DNA of 64,000 nucleotides from Macrostomum lignano (taxonomy: Eukaryota). Every line of letters begins with the position of its first letter. The first letter of the stretch is position 1. The notes below the pieces were generated by a model that was given only the letters and a program-made list of their open reading frames with translations, had not been told where the DNA came from and did not search any database. The DNA lies in assembly GCA_002269645.1 (NCBI GenBank), contig NIVC01001112.1, positions 1 through 64,000 of the forward strand. Direction: 5' to 3'. The translations under genes and the position numbers were made by a program. This document shows positions 1 to 12,400 of the stretch, piece by piece.

Positions 1-3000
1 TTCTGATTCTTCGCCAGATACCATCGATGCAGCCAGGTGGCACCTCCTCAACTGAGGCGCGCTGTGTGCGACCTGCAGAACAATTGGAAAGAATTTCATT
101 CGATTCGTTTAGCTTGGGGACACCTAACCTCACCTACCTAGGTCTGTCTACTCTACCATTTCTTTCTGTAAAAGGACACACACAGACAGGCAGACAGACA
201 GGCAGACAGACAGGCAGGCAGACAGACAGACAGACAGACAGGCACTCACGCGCTCGCGTCCCCGCTCAACAATGGAGTTGGCCCGCATGGCCAGCCTGGC
301 GGTGGCAGCGATGGCCTCCACCGGAGAGCCGTCCTGCCTCGCAGCCGCGTCTCCAGCCACGTCGCCCTCGGCGCCACCAGAAGGATTAGCGAACGCGGTC
401 GTCGCCGACCGAGTCACGGTGGACTCGTGCGGCATGAGTCGTTGCGGCGATCTGAACAGGTAGTTGCTAGGGTAGTGCCGCAGGTTGGTGACCCGCTGGG
501 CGTAGATATCGGCGTAGCGCTCCAGCTGGTAGGCGAAGCTGGTCAGGCGGCCCCCGGACCGGAACAGCGAGCCCAAGAAGCCGTAGGCGGTGTCCATCTG
601 GCGGACAACGTCGCGAATGTCGGCGCGAATGCGTTGGACCTCGTTAGCCGGCGGTCCCGGGTTCGAATCGCTGGCAGCTAGAGTGCAGTGAAGATACATT
701 CGGCCCATCTCGGCTTCCAAGCGTTGCAGCCTCTCGAACAGCTGCTGGTCCTGCTTCCACACGAATAGCTCGTTCGCAGTTCAGGAACAATGAGCAGGGT
801 GCGCGCCAGCCGACCTTCTTGGACTTGATGATGTCGCCGAAGATGTGATCGCCTGCGTACAGCACGTCTTTGGCCGCGGCAGCCGATTAGGCGGGAGAAC
901 TCGGCGCAGGAGCCTGCGGAATGTGATGGGGAATGTTTCTGTAAGCTCCTTGGGGCGTCAATTTAGTTGCGCTATTGAGGGTGATAATTGATCCTTTTAA
1001 TTAACCTGTGCAACTTCATCTAATAAGGCTTTCTAATCTTGCTAGGTGAGGTGTTAGTCAGAGATCTCATTGAGAAGGGAGAGATCTCATCGAGAAGGGA
1101 GAGATCTCATTGAGAAGGGAGATATCTCATTGAGAAGGGAGAGATCTCATTGAGAAGGGAGAGATCTCATCGAGAAGGGAGAGATCTCATTGAGAAAGAA
1201 GAGTCAGTTTTAAAAAAAATCGATATCCCCAATAGCTCTAATAGATTTACATGTGTAGCCAATATGTTGCGTAAATACTTTACAAAGCAGAATTCTACAT
1301 GGACATAACAAGTTGGCGCACTTTAATTTTAACACAAATTTAAACACTGAAACTAAAATCAGATTAATTCACCTACCAATACGTCATAAAAAACAGATAC
1401 CCTCAATATAGCTGTAATAGCTGTAACCCTCAAGATGCATATACATTGCCGATATGTAGCGCAAAATACTTTTCAAAGCGGATTTCTACATAGACTTAAT
1501 AAAGTTAACAAACTTTGTTTCAATTGAAGCCACTCACCACCCGAATAGACCACGCCAGACTGCAGCGGGCCCATGTGAGTACCCAGCTTGAGCTTGCCGC
1601 TAGAGCGATCAACCACGCGCAGTAGGCTACCCTCGGCGAAGAACTTCGGCTTGCAGGCGCTAACTAATACGTAGTTGAATATGCCCACCCAGTCGGGGCC
1701 CAACAGGTAGGACATGAGAGCGTCAGTGTACCAATACTCGGAATTAGTCAGTAGAAACACCTTCGCACCCGTAGCCTTTAACTGCTCCAGTAGATCCAAC
1801 AGATCCGAGTCGGTGTGAACAAACTCGTCGATCTGTTCAACGGTGAGACGTTTCAACGAGTCGTCGTTGTGAATTGCGTCTGCCGCGCCTCGAACGTCAT
1901 TGAATAGGGAGCGGTACGAGATGTTGAGCTCCTGGGGATTGGAGGGACAGCACACAATAACGGTGAGATAGGGTGAGAACGGGGAAAGCAGAAAGAATCA
2001 TAGTGCCCTCAAACAGACCTTGTACACAATGCCGTTCCGTTCCACCGAAGCCTACGGCAGGGCCTTGAAGAACTCAATGATGGAGGCCATGCAGTAGATC
2101 TCCGGCAAATTAAACAGAGTATCGTACACATAGAACCTGTCGCTCAGCTGTACAAACTTATTCTCGTACCAGGAGTGAAGCTCAGCGGACGGCACTACTG
2201 TTAGGCCAAATAGGCAGCTTAATAAATTGCCAAACGAATCCACTTTAAGTAGGCAGCCGCGATCTTTGTCAAACCACAAGCCTCTGATAGGGAATGTGTG
2301 ATCGTATTGGAATTTGAGTATCTCGCTGGGGTAGCCAATGTCAACCAGGCGGTTGAGCATTAAACGGAAGGCTGCAGATTCGTAGCTGGGTGATTTGTAC
2401 TGGGCAAGGGTGTAGTCCATGTCGAATCCGTAGAACTTGATGCGGTCCAGCTGCAGACTGCGGTTCACGAATATTCTGGGCAGAGGTCAGTGGGGGAGGT
2501 GTGCACTGGTGAGGGATCTTTGTAGGCTAAACAATATTCATAAAGTACTTTGGCTGGACCAGCCTCCCAGTTCCTTAGTTGCTGGGCCAGCCTCCCAGAT
2601 CCTCAGTTTCTGGGCCAGCCTCCCAGATCCTTAGTTGCTGGGCCAGCTTCCCAGTCCTTAGTTGCTGGGCCAGCCTCTCAGATCCTCAGTTGCTGGGCCA
2701 GCCTCCCAGATCCTTAGTTGCTGGGCCAGCCTCCCAGATCCTTAGTTGCTGGGCCAGCTTCCCAGTCCTTAGTTGCTGGGCCAGCCTCTCAGATCCTCAG
2801 TTGCTGGGCCAGCCTCCCAGATCCTCAGTTGCTCTGCCAGCCTCTCAGAGTGTCAGTTGCTGGGCCAGCCTCTTAGATCATCAGATGCTGGGCCAGCCTC
2901 CTAGAGTGTCAGTTGCTGGGCCAGCCTCCCAGATCCTTAGTTGCTGGGCCAGCCTCCCAGAGTGTCAGTTGCTGGGCCAGCCTCCCAGATCCTCAGTTGC

Positions 3001-3450
3001 TGGCCAGCCTCCCAGATCCTCAGTTGCTGGGCCAGCCTCCCAGAGTGTCAGTTGCTGGGCCAGCCTCCCAGAGTGTCAGTTGCTGGGCCAGCCTCCCAGA
3101 TCCTCAGTTGCTGGGCCAGCCTCCCAGATCCTCAGTTGCTGGGCCAGCCTCCCAGAGTGTCAGTTGCTGGGCCAGCCTCCTAGAGTGTCAGTTGCTGGGC
3201 CAGCCTCCCAGATCATCAGTTGCTGGGCCAGCCTCCCAGATCCTCAGTTGCTGGGCCAGCCTCCCAGATCCTCAGTTGCTGGGCCAGCCTCCCAGATCCT
3301 CAGTTGCTGGGCCATCACCCTTCATCGTCAAGCAATAAGCGACCATTCTCAAAAGCAAAGCACGCACCTGTGACCAGTCTCACGCTTAAGCAATTGAAAT
3401 TCGGAAGACTTCTTCTCCGACCAAGTGTTGGCTCTGCTGTAGTAGTCCAT
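1..3450 (-). CDS. NT5C2: Cytosolic purine 5'-nucleotidase (cN-II, HAD family); 5 exons, runs off the left edge; disrupted in this assembly
   Basis: Hand-spliced exons 3368-3450 (MDYYS...LKRETGHR), 2019-2475 ([24 protein letters not shown]), 1538-1931 ([18 protein letters not shown]), 250-913 ([38 protein letters not shown]), 1-72 ([10 protein letters not shown]). All junctions are GT-AG. HAD motifs match the cN-II family. In-frame TAG at 2052-2054 and indels near 872, 802 and 777. Confidence 0.93.
1060..1197. repeat. 20-bp minisatellite gagatctcattgagaaggga (NT5C2 intron 3)
   Basis: About 7 tandem units. Confidence 0.95.
2560..3312. repeat. 28-bp minisatellite gctgggccagcctcccagatcctcagtt (NT5C2 intron 1)
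   Basis: About 27 units. The same family occurs inverted at 47310-47855 and 50028-50232. Confidence 0.97.
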
Positions 3451-4022
3451 GTCCAGTCTTTGCAGGATGTGTTTACAAAATGCTCTACCGTAGTTCTATT
3501 TATATTAATTTAATTCCAAGTCATCCAATTGGGAAGCTCTGAAAAAATGGGCAATCTATATAATAATAATGACTACTAAATATAGAATTATGTCAGCTAT
3601 TTACAGATTTCTTTTGAGGTAGAAATATTTTTCCAAGAAAACAATCAATCTGGCACAAACGTTAATTAGGAAGGGCGGTTGCCAGGCAAACGAAGATTTG
3701 CCTATCAATTATAATACCATAAATAGGACTCTTATTCGCCTTGGATCCTTAGCTTCATCCACATACCTAACCGTCTATATAATAAAACTACTTATAAGTA
3801 GTGTAAACGCGCATCAACAAAAGGTAGAAAAAAAGAAAATCAAAGAAACACTTTAATACAACAAAAAAAGAAACGATCACAGAGGGTTTTTATTCTAAAA
3901 CAGTTTTTTACAGAATTTGTCTGGTTGGCTTCTAGTTTGTTTTAATCCAGTGTATTTGTTTTTTAATAGGAAAATAACTCTCTAAAGACTGCTTATAGTA
4001 GGCGCAGTATAAAGCGCGCCAG

Positions 4023-7000
4023 TCACCAGTATTTGTCATCGACTAGCAGATTGTCGGCATCTCCAGTCTGCCAGGTGCCAACAAAGCCAGGCCTCACTTG
4101 TCGTCTGGCTGTTAACTTGGCTGTTGATTCGGGATTTGAGTAGGATAATTCATGTAGGCGCGCTCTCTGGCGCTCTTTCACTGATGCAGCTGCTTTGTCG
4201 CCATTGCTTGCCTGCGTAAAATAGTTTTAGAGCGATTGGCGCTGAAATCCAGCCTCTGGCGCTAAAATCCAGCCTCTGGCGCTAAAATCTAGCCTGTGAC
4301 GCCAAAATCTAGCCTCTGGTGCTAAAATCCAGTCTGTGACCCTAATATCTAGCCTGTGGCGCTAGTTTAGCCTGTGGCGCTAAAATCTAGCCTGTGGCCC
4401 CAAAATCTAGCTTGTGGCGCTAAAATTTAGTCTGTGACTTTGTGGCGCTAAAATTTAGTCTGTGACTTTGTGGCGCTAAAATTTAGTCTGTGACTTTGTG
4501 GCGCTAAAATTTAGTCTGTGACTTTGTGGCGCTAAAATTTAGTCTGTGACTTTGTGGCGCTAAAATTTAGTCTGTGACTTTGTGGCGCTAAAATTTAGTC
4601 TGTGACTTTGTGGCGCTAAAATTTAGTCTGTGACTTTGTGGCGCTAAAATTTAGTCTGTGACTTTGTGGCGCTAAAATTTAGTCTGTGACTTTGTGGCGC
4701 TAAAATTTAGTCTGTGACTTTGTGGCGCTAAAATCTAGCCTGTGGCGCTAAAATCCAGTCTGTGGCGCTAAAATCCAGTCTGTGGCGCTAAAACCCAGCC
4801 TGTGGCGCTAAAATCCCGTCTGTGGTGCTAAAATCTAGCCTGTGGCGCCAAAATCTAGCTTGTGGCGCTGAAATTAGTTTGTGGCGCTAAAATCTAGCAG
4901 CTGTAACGCTAAAATCTAGCCTGGGGCGAAAATCTAGCTTGTGGCGCTGAAATCTAGTTTGTGGCGCTAAAATCTAGTCTGTGGCTCTAAAATCGAGTTT
5001 GTGGCGCTAAAATCCAGCCTGTGGCTCTAAAATCGAGTTTGTGGCGCTAAAATCCAGCCTGTGGCGCTAAAATCTAGCCTGTGGCGCTAATATCTAGCCT
5101 GTTGCGCTAATATCTAGTTTGTGGCGCTTTAAACCAGCCTGTGGTGCTAAAATCTTGTCTGTGGCGCCATAAACTAGCCTGTGGCGCCATGAACCAGCCT
5201 GTGGCTCTAAAATCTAACCTGTGGTGCTAAAATCTAGTCTGTGGCGCTATAAACCTGCCTGTGGCGCCATAAACCAGCTTGTGGCGCTAAAATCTAGTCT
5301 GTGGCGCTAAAATCTAGCCTGTGGCGCTAAAATCTAGTCTGTTTGCGCTAAAATCTAGTCTGTGGCGCCATAAACCTGCCTCTGGCGCCATAAACCTGCC
5401 TCTGGCGCCATAAACCAGCCTGTGGCGCTAAAATCTAGTCTGTGGCGCTAAAATCTAGTCTGTGGCGCTAAAATCTAGTCTGTGGCGCTAAAATCCGTCT
5501 GTGGCGCTAAAATCTAGTCTGTGGCGCTAAAATCTAGTCTGTGGCGCTAAAATCTAGCCTGTTGGCGCTAAAATCTAGCCTGCTCACCTGATCAGACCCA
5601 TCGTCAGACTCCTTGCCCAGCTCGGGAGCTCGCACTCCCAGCTGAGACTCCCACTCCTCGGCAACCAGATGATACAATTTCAGGCAAGCGTCGGCGTCTT
5701 CAACTGAGTCGTGCTCGCGCTGCTGGATTCTCAGATTGAGCAGAGCGAGGGAGAGACTGCGCAGACTGGCCGGCCGCTTGCCCTGGGGCGGCATGCCAGC
5801 CTTGGCCTTGGCGTGGGGTGGGTGGGGTATCGGGTTGATTGGGCGATAATTGTTGTCTTGAAAACTGTAAGGCTCTGGGCGTGAGATAACGGATGGTGCA
5901 TAAGGTGAGACAGGGGTGAGACAGGGGTGAGATAGGGGTGAGACAGGGGTGAGATAGGGGTGAGACAGGGGTGAGACAGGGGTGGGATAGGGGTGAGACA
6001 AGGTTGAGATTTAGGTAAGTAGGGGTGAATGAGATAGATGTGAGAAGGTGCGAGACAGGAGTGAGATTAGGTGAGATAGGTGTGAGATAGGGGTGAAACA
6101 GGGACTGTGAGGTATAGGTAAGATAGGGGTGAGAGTGAGATAGGGGTGAGATAGAATGAGATATGGCTGAAACAGGTGTGAGACAGGGAGATAAGGGTGT
6201 GATATGGGTGAGAAAGAGATGAGAACACTCGGGCAGTCCAGAAGGCTCACCTGCAGCAGGACGCACTTGCTAGTGTCCCGAACCAGACCCTCCGGATGGT
6301 GCAATCGCAGCACTCTTAAATCGTTATGCAAAGCGTGACCAACTAGAACTCGACCCCGTACAGCCCGACGGACCAGATCCTGAACGGCGTCGAATGGAAG
6401 GCCGCGTGAGAGGTCGGCAGCTCGAATGCCGCTCCATCTGGTTCGGTAATCTGTTACTGGCTCGTCTGGCAGGCACATCACATCTAGCAGCACCTGACAG
6501 GTGGATTGGGAGACAGATTAATGAGCATCGTCTACCATGCCTTATCTACTCCAGTCCATGATCTACAGTCTACCCCAGTCCATGATCTACCGTCTACCCC
6601 AGTCCATGATCTACCGTCTACCCCAGTCCATGATCTACAGTCTACCCCAATCCATGATCTACAGTCTACCCCAATCCATGATCTACAGTCTACCCCAATC
6701 CTTGATCTACCGTCTACCTCAATCCATGATCTACAGTCTACCCCAATCCATGATCTACAGTCTACCCTAACCCTGATTTACCATAACTATCTACCCCAAA
6801 TCCATGATCTACCATAACTATCTATCCCCAATCCATGATCTACCATAACTATCTATCCCCAATCCATGATCTACCATAACTATCTATCCCCAATCCATGA
6901 TCTACCATAACTATCTATCCCCAATCCATGATCTACCATAACTATCTACTCATCCAATCCATGATCTACCATAACTATCCACTCACCCAATCCATGATCT

Positions 7001-7566
7001 ACCATAACTATCTACTCACCCAATCCATGATCTACCATAACTATCCACTCACCCAATCCATGATCTACCATAACTATCTACTCATCCAATCCATGATCTA
7101 CCATAACTATCCACTCACCCAATCCATGATCTACCATAACTATCTATCCCCAATCCATGATCTACCATAACTATCTACTCACCCAATCCATGATCTACCA
7201 TAACTATCTATCCCCAATCCATGATCTACCATAACTATCTACTCACCCAATATAGGCAATAACCCATTCAAAAAGTCTCACATCTCCTCTCTCGTTGAGC
7301 ACGCTAGCTCTTCCTAGAGCGCTAACGCTGCCTCTTGGCCCGGTGCCAACAAATTCGCAATCAATAGCCACCACTTGAGTGGCTAAGCTGGGCTCATCTA
7401 GGCGAACAATGTTAGTTCTAATAATTGGCAGCGCCTTTGACCGAGAAAAGAAATTGTTACGAATATTTAAACGGGCACGTTTGACTCCGATGGACTGCTG
7501 CTTAGCTGATGCACTTAGTCGTTTTGTACTTCCGACAGCGCGTTTTTCATGAGAAGTTGATGCCAT
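4023..7566 (-). CDS. AEN: DEDDh 3'-5' exonuclease, AEN/ISG20L2/REXO4 family, ~311 aa, 4 exons
   Basis: Exons 7282-7566 (VVAIDCEFVGTGP), 6251-6493 (TDYRTRWSGI, LVGHALHNDL, RDTS), 5588-~5806 (SLRSLSLALL...HDSVEDA; acceptor uncertain, AAG chosen by phase and homology), 4023-4211 (ends DNLLVDDKYW*, similar to the AEN C-terminal DQYW motif). Phases are consistent. The AEN versus ISG20L2/REXO4 assignment is tentative. Confidence 0.85.
4245..5582. repeat. 20-bp minisatellite aaaatctagcctgtggcgct with an internal homogeneous 28-bp block (AEN-like intron 3)
   Basis: Fills almost the whole intron 4212-5587; the 28-bp variant lies at ~4420-4730. Confidence 0.97.
5900..6235. repeat. 10-bp gggtgagaca/ta array (AEN-like intron 2); a degenerate relative lies at 8300-8640
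   Basis: Tandem ggggtgagac / ggggtgagat units. Confidence 0.9.
6545..7248. repeat. Composite minisatellite of 24-bp then 30/33-bp units sharing ccatgatctac (AEN-like intron 1)
   Basis: Unit length switches near 6780. Confidence 0.95.
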
Positions 7567-7659
7567 TCGCTGCTAGAGAAAGTTGAAAATTTACCTGCAA
7601 ATTGGAATGAAAAAAGATTCTCTTCAGTTGCTTGTTATGAGCGATTCAGAAATGATCAA

Positions 7660-8015
7660 GGGCGAATCTCAGGGTAGATCGAGGGCGATTCTTGGGGTAG
7701 ATTGAGGGCAAATCTCAGGGTAGGTTGATGGCGATTCTCAGATCTCAGGGTAGATTGAGGGGGATTCTCAGGGTAGATTAAGGGCGATTCTCGGGGTAGA
7801 TTGAGGGCGATTCTCGGGGTAGATTGAGGGCAAATCTCAGGGTAGATTGATGGCGATTCTCAGATCTCAGGGTAGATTGAGGGCGATTCTCAGGGTAGAT
7901 TGAGGCGATTCTCGGGGTAGATTGAGGGCGATTCTCGGGGTAGATTGAGGGCCAATCTCAGGGTAGATTGATGGCGATTCTCAGGGTAGATTAAGGGCGA
8001 TTCTCGGGGTAGATT
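7660..8015. repeat. ~23-bp minisatellite tagattgagggcgattctcgggg between ERCC1 and the AEN-like gene
   Basis: About 14 degenerate units. Confidence 0.93.
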
Positions 8016-8666
8016 GACACAAAACACAAATTTGAAGCGTTAACAAACACCGATAAAGACCTTAATTGAATAGTTTATTATTTTGATATACACAAAAATG
8101 CAGTGCGCAAGTTGCAGAAAACAGGCAGAAGTTACATGATAGTTCAAAATTAGGTTGCGAAGATGCAAAATATTTTTTCCGGTTTCTAGGTAATGGTTTC
8201 TCGGAACAAAATACATTTATGAAGGAATAAAAGTGAGAAGAGTGGCCAGGAGGTTAGTGGCTGATACCTATCAATAATTAGAGACTAATAGCGGCATTTG
8301 TGAGACTTATCGTGAGATAAGAATTGAGATAAGGACGAAATAAGGGGTGAGATGTAGATGAGATAGTGTGAGATATGGTTGAAGTAAAAGGGTGAGATAG
8401 GAGCGAGCTACATGTATGCGTGAGATAGGGATGGGTAAGGGTGAGATGAAGGTAAGAAAATGAGATAGGGGTTAGATGGGTGAGATAAAGGTGAGATAGG
8501 GATGAGATATCGGTGGATGGGGGTGAGATGGGGTAAGATAGGGATGAGATCGATGAGATATGGGTGAGATAAGGGTGAGAAACATGGATGAGAAGACAGG
8601 GTGAGTGAGATACGGATGAGATCGGGAACAATGAGGAGACTAATCCCAGACACAGACCATCAGCCT

Positions 8667-9474
8667 TCAGTCAGCGAAGTTCTGCCCGAACACAGCGGTG
8701 AGCCTGGCGGCCTTCTTCGGGCCCAGGCCGGGGCACCGCTCCAGCTCGGCGCTGCTGGCTCCAACCATGGCCTCGAAGGTGCCGAAATTGGCAGCCAAAC
8801 AGGCCGCGTCTGTCCGGCTGACGCCTCGGACGCATCCCAAGACGTCTCTGAGCTGTCCCGGCCAGTCCTCGGCCGAGCGTTCCATCAAACTATCGGCCGG
8901 TTTCTTCTCTAAAGATTTGAAACTCTCCAAATAACGAGCAGCCTCTTCGTTGCTCCAAGCCAGTATCAGAGTTGAGCCGGCTAGCAAACAGATCCGATTT
9001 AATTCTCTAACAGAATCGGAATATTCCTGCGTGTCTACTAACAGTAATAGAATGCGCAAGTCGTAATCTTTAGGGCCAAGCTGTTTGAGCCGGCGGTGCA
9101 CATAGTCTGGGTGCAGGCAGTGGTAGCGAACGGACAGAAACAGAGCGCAGGCTGTCCGGCCAAGGACGAAATCGGCCGGATCTGCTAAATCCGAATACTC
9201 CCAGGGCACCGAGCGAATGAGCGGCAGCAGAGGATTGCCGCGCTGCCGATTGTTAACTAGTATTCTCTGCTGCTGCAACTGCTGCTGCTGCTGCTGGTCC
9301 TTCTGCTCCTGCTGGAGCTGCTGGGCGGCCACTTTGATCACGCCTGGCAGGGGGTGAGCCTTTGGCAGCGTGCTAGCACTACTGGTCTTGCTCGGCTCAG
9401 GGTCTTTGTTGCCTGCTTTAAATTAACAAGTTTGTGGGCTATGTAATCTATGTGAATGATATTGTATCTACACT

Positions 9475-9542
<68 letters not shown>

Positions 9543-9975
9543 CAGACAGACTGACAGACAGACAGACTTTATTTTAACAAATTGTAAGGGATTTTCATTC
9601 TAAGCATGGAAAATTCCACATAACAGATTGTCATGAGTTATTTATCTTAAACAGCATACCACTAGTGCAGTCAGTTGATGAAGGCCCACACTCAGTGCCA
9701 ATAGAACCAGCTGATGCTGACTTTGCCCCTTCAGCTCGAGTGGCAGCAAATATTGCTCCAGGGGTGAATTCGGCATCACCATTAGGGTTTGAGCGCCATT
9801 TAGCAACTCCATTGCCACCATTGCTGTCAGATATCTCATCTCTACCATCATTATCATCACCAATTATTGCAATATCAATTTGTACTCTAGGCTTTTTAGA
9901 AAGGTTTTCATCTGTTTTAAAGCCATTATCAGGAGCAACATTGTCAGACAATGTGCACTTTGGTGGCAATGACAT
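8667..9975 (-). CDS. ERCC1: DNA excision repair protein ERCC1, ~353 aa, 2 exons
   Basis: Exon 9660-9975 (phase-1 GTATG donor) joins exon 8667-9412 across a (GACA)n intron. Motifs RQRGNPLL, ADFVLG..ACALFLSVRYH, LILAWSNEEAARYLE and C-terminal HhH2 (GVSRTDA, CPGLGPKKA). Confidence 0.95.
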
Positions 9976-11439
9976 AATCTAGTTTTTTTTTTATCAGATG
10001 ACTCTTGAGGTTAAATTCTGGAATATTTAGAGCAAGTAATACGAGTACATTAATATTTGTGCACGTGAGTACATACACATATAGCAATTATAAATATAGA
10101 AGATTTATCTAAGCAAGTATCTTTAGCACTAATACCCAAAAATAATAATCAACCAGCCAAATTATTATATTCTAATTAAAATTCAAAATATTATAAATTT
10201 CCATTACACTGGAAATATATAAATAATATATTGGTTAGGCCTATAAAAAGCCAAAAAATGCTTGATAAATATTATTTAATATAAAGTTCTAGAAAATTCT
10301 GTAGAATTTCATTCTTAGCTTAATGATTATGCAACAAAATATACAACACTAGAATTGACAAACTCCAGCCTAAAAACCACATGCCATATATAAAGCCTCT
10401 TTATCTGTTAAGAATAGGTTTAAGACTAGATTAAGACCTAGGTTAACTTAGGTTAGGCCTAGGAAATTAGGAAATTTAATGTAAACAAAGCATGGTTAAG
10501 TGTAGGCCCTAATATACATAGCAGTTATAAATAGCTATATTTTTATAAAGTCACAAGTGTTTAATTATGGCATTGTGTAAGGCAAATACAAGCTACCTTA
10601 AAAGTATTTTTACTCTATTATGAAACATGTCTTTTATGAAACATGGATTTAACCCTATCTAATCTAGGCCTAGGTCTAAGAGTAAGTTATTTTATATATA
10701 TGTAATATATAAATAAGGAAAGTCTAGGATTCTAAGATTCTAAGTATAGATAAATAGTGTATTATTATTTAATGTGAACATTTTGAAGCCAAAGGGGTTT
10801 TGATATAAAGGAAAACTTGTTGTAAATATTGCAATAGTTTGAAATTTATTCTTTATAAATTATATAGGCCCTATCTACTAAATTTTACTTTAAGTTTGCT
10901 ATTATTTCAAACTCTCAGTTCACTAGGCCTACTAGGCCCTAACCTATATATATTCGATAATATAAACTAGTTAGGTTTAAGATAGTCATGGTAGGCTTAG
11001 TGCTAAGTGGCTAGTCTTTCCTTTGATATGCACAGGTCAACAGAAACAATTTAGTAATATAAGCTAGGATAGGGCATAGAATGACAATGTTCCAGTTTTC
11101 CACTCAATTTTTTCACTGATAAAAATGTGTCACAATAGGCCTACTTGGTAAAGTCAAAATATAGGGATCAACCTAAGAGTTTTCACACAAGATAATAATG
11201 GGAAATCCAGTAGAGTATATTCCCAAATTGGTTGCCTAGGAACAGATGGCACCACATGAACTTTGCATATTCCATGCATTGCTTGGAACTTTGCTTAGCA
11301 ATTCTCCAACACTCACTTAGATTGTCTCTAAAAATTTCAGATGTCTTCTCGTAAAAAAACAAGGAATAAGCTGCTTTGGTATAGAATCAAGTAAAGCACT
11401 GGGCGAGTGGCTATTATTATGGTATAGAAGCAACAACTC

Positions 11440-12400
11440 ATACTCACAGCCTCTTTATATTGGCTCCTCTGTGTTCAAGCATTTGAATGACCATGAAAAA
11501 TCTTTGCTCCAAAAAGGCAACTCACTCAAAGTTAAAGAAGTTAAAAGCCAAGTAGAATGTGTAGTCATGCATTGTGGCTTGATTGACTTGTGTGGGAAGG
11601 CCAGTATTTCTATTAAAGATCTTGTTGAGCATGGCAATGATAACCGATGCCATACTAAATAAGCTTGATAAACAAGAGAGCCGCGCCCAACTTTTGGACG
11701 TAGCTGATTGGGACCCTGATATTGATGCTGAAGAATATGAAGAAGAAATTGCAAGTGGTGAAAGCAGCCAATCTGCCTTTAATGAGGAAGCTGAGGTGGC
11801 TAAAGCGAATCCTGGATTCAAACTAACGTCTCAATCATCATCTTCTAGCTCTACTATGTTGCGCAATGAGATGCAAAAGCTGCAATTGTACAAGAGGGCT
11901 TTTGCATCTGCTTCACATTCACAGCCAGCAAGGAAAAAGCCTCAAACTGACCATTCTTATCATCTGGGCAGCAAGAATGCTGATCATAGAAGACAAATTA
12001 TTCAGTTGGCACCATCAGCATAGGGCAATAGCCATTTTCCTAGTTCACCTAGTGTAAGTCGTTATGTTTGTGCTGGTCAGGAAAATCTGCCAAGGCAAGC
12101 ATCACCATCAATGCTGAGTAAGTCTGACCAAGCCACTCTTTAGGTCTTGCTTGAAACTAGGCTGCAGACTTCTCTACTAAAGAAGTTGGCCAAGTTGATT
12201 GAAGAAATGAATCAATTGCTTCAAAATCTGGGCACTTCACGGCCACGCTCTGAAGGCTTAAATCCAGACCAAATTGATTCTTTCTTTGGCACATTTGATG
12301 GCAAGCAGTGCAGTCTCTCCAGTCTAAATCAATCTAGCCCAATTTTTTTTGCTTGTGACTTTGTGTGGTATCAATTTAAATTTATCAGTATCTAAAAGAC
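11440..12400 (+). pseudogene. Degenerate ORF fragments including an SGNH/GDSL-esterase-like segment, possibly LINE ORF1-derived
   Basis: LYIGSSVFKHL and VVMHCGLIDL resemble SGNH blocks I and III found in CR1/L2 ORF1 proteins; interrupted by stops; no reverse transcriptase nearby. Confidence 0.35.

Noticed and set aside
2579-3513. Long ORFs (LLGQPPRSS / SCWASLP repeats), also at 47256-47873
   Set aside because: Translations of a stop-free 28-bp intronic minisatellite, antisense to or within the introns of real genes.
5534-5587. Exonuclease C-terminus apparently derived from the satellite (RLDFSANRLDFSATD*)
   Set aside because: A consensus CAG|GTGAGC donor at 5587 splices in phase to exon 4023-4211, which has a family-like ending.
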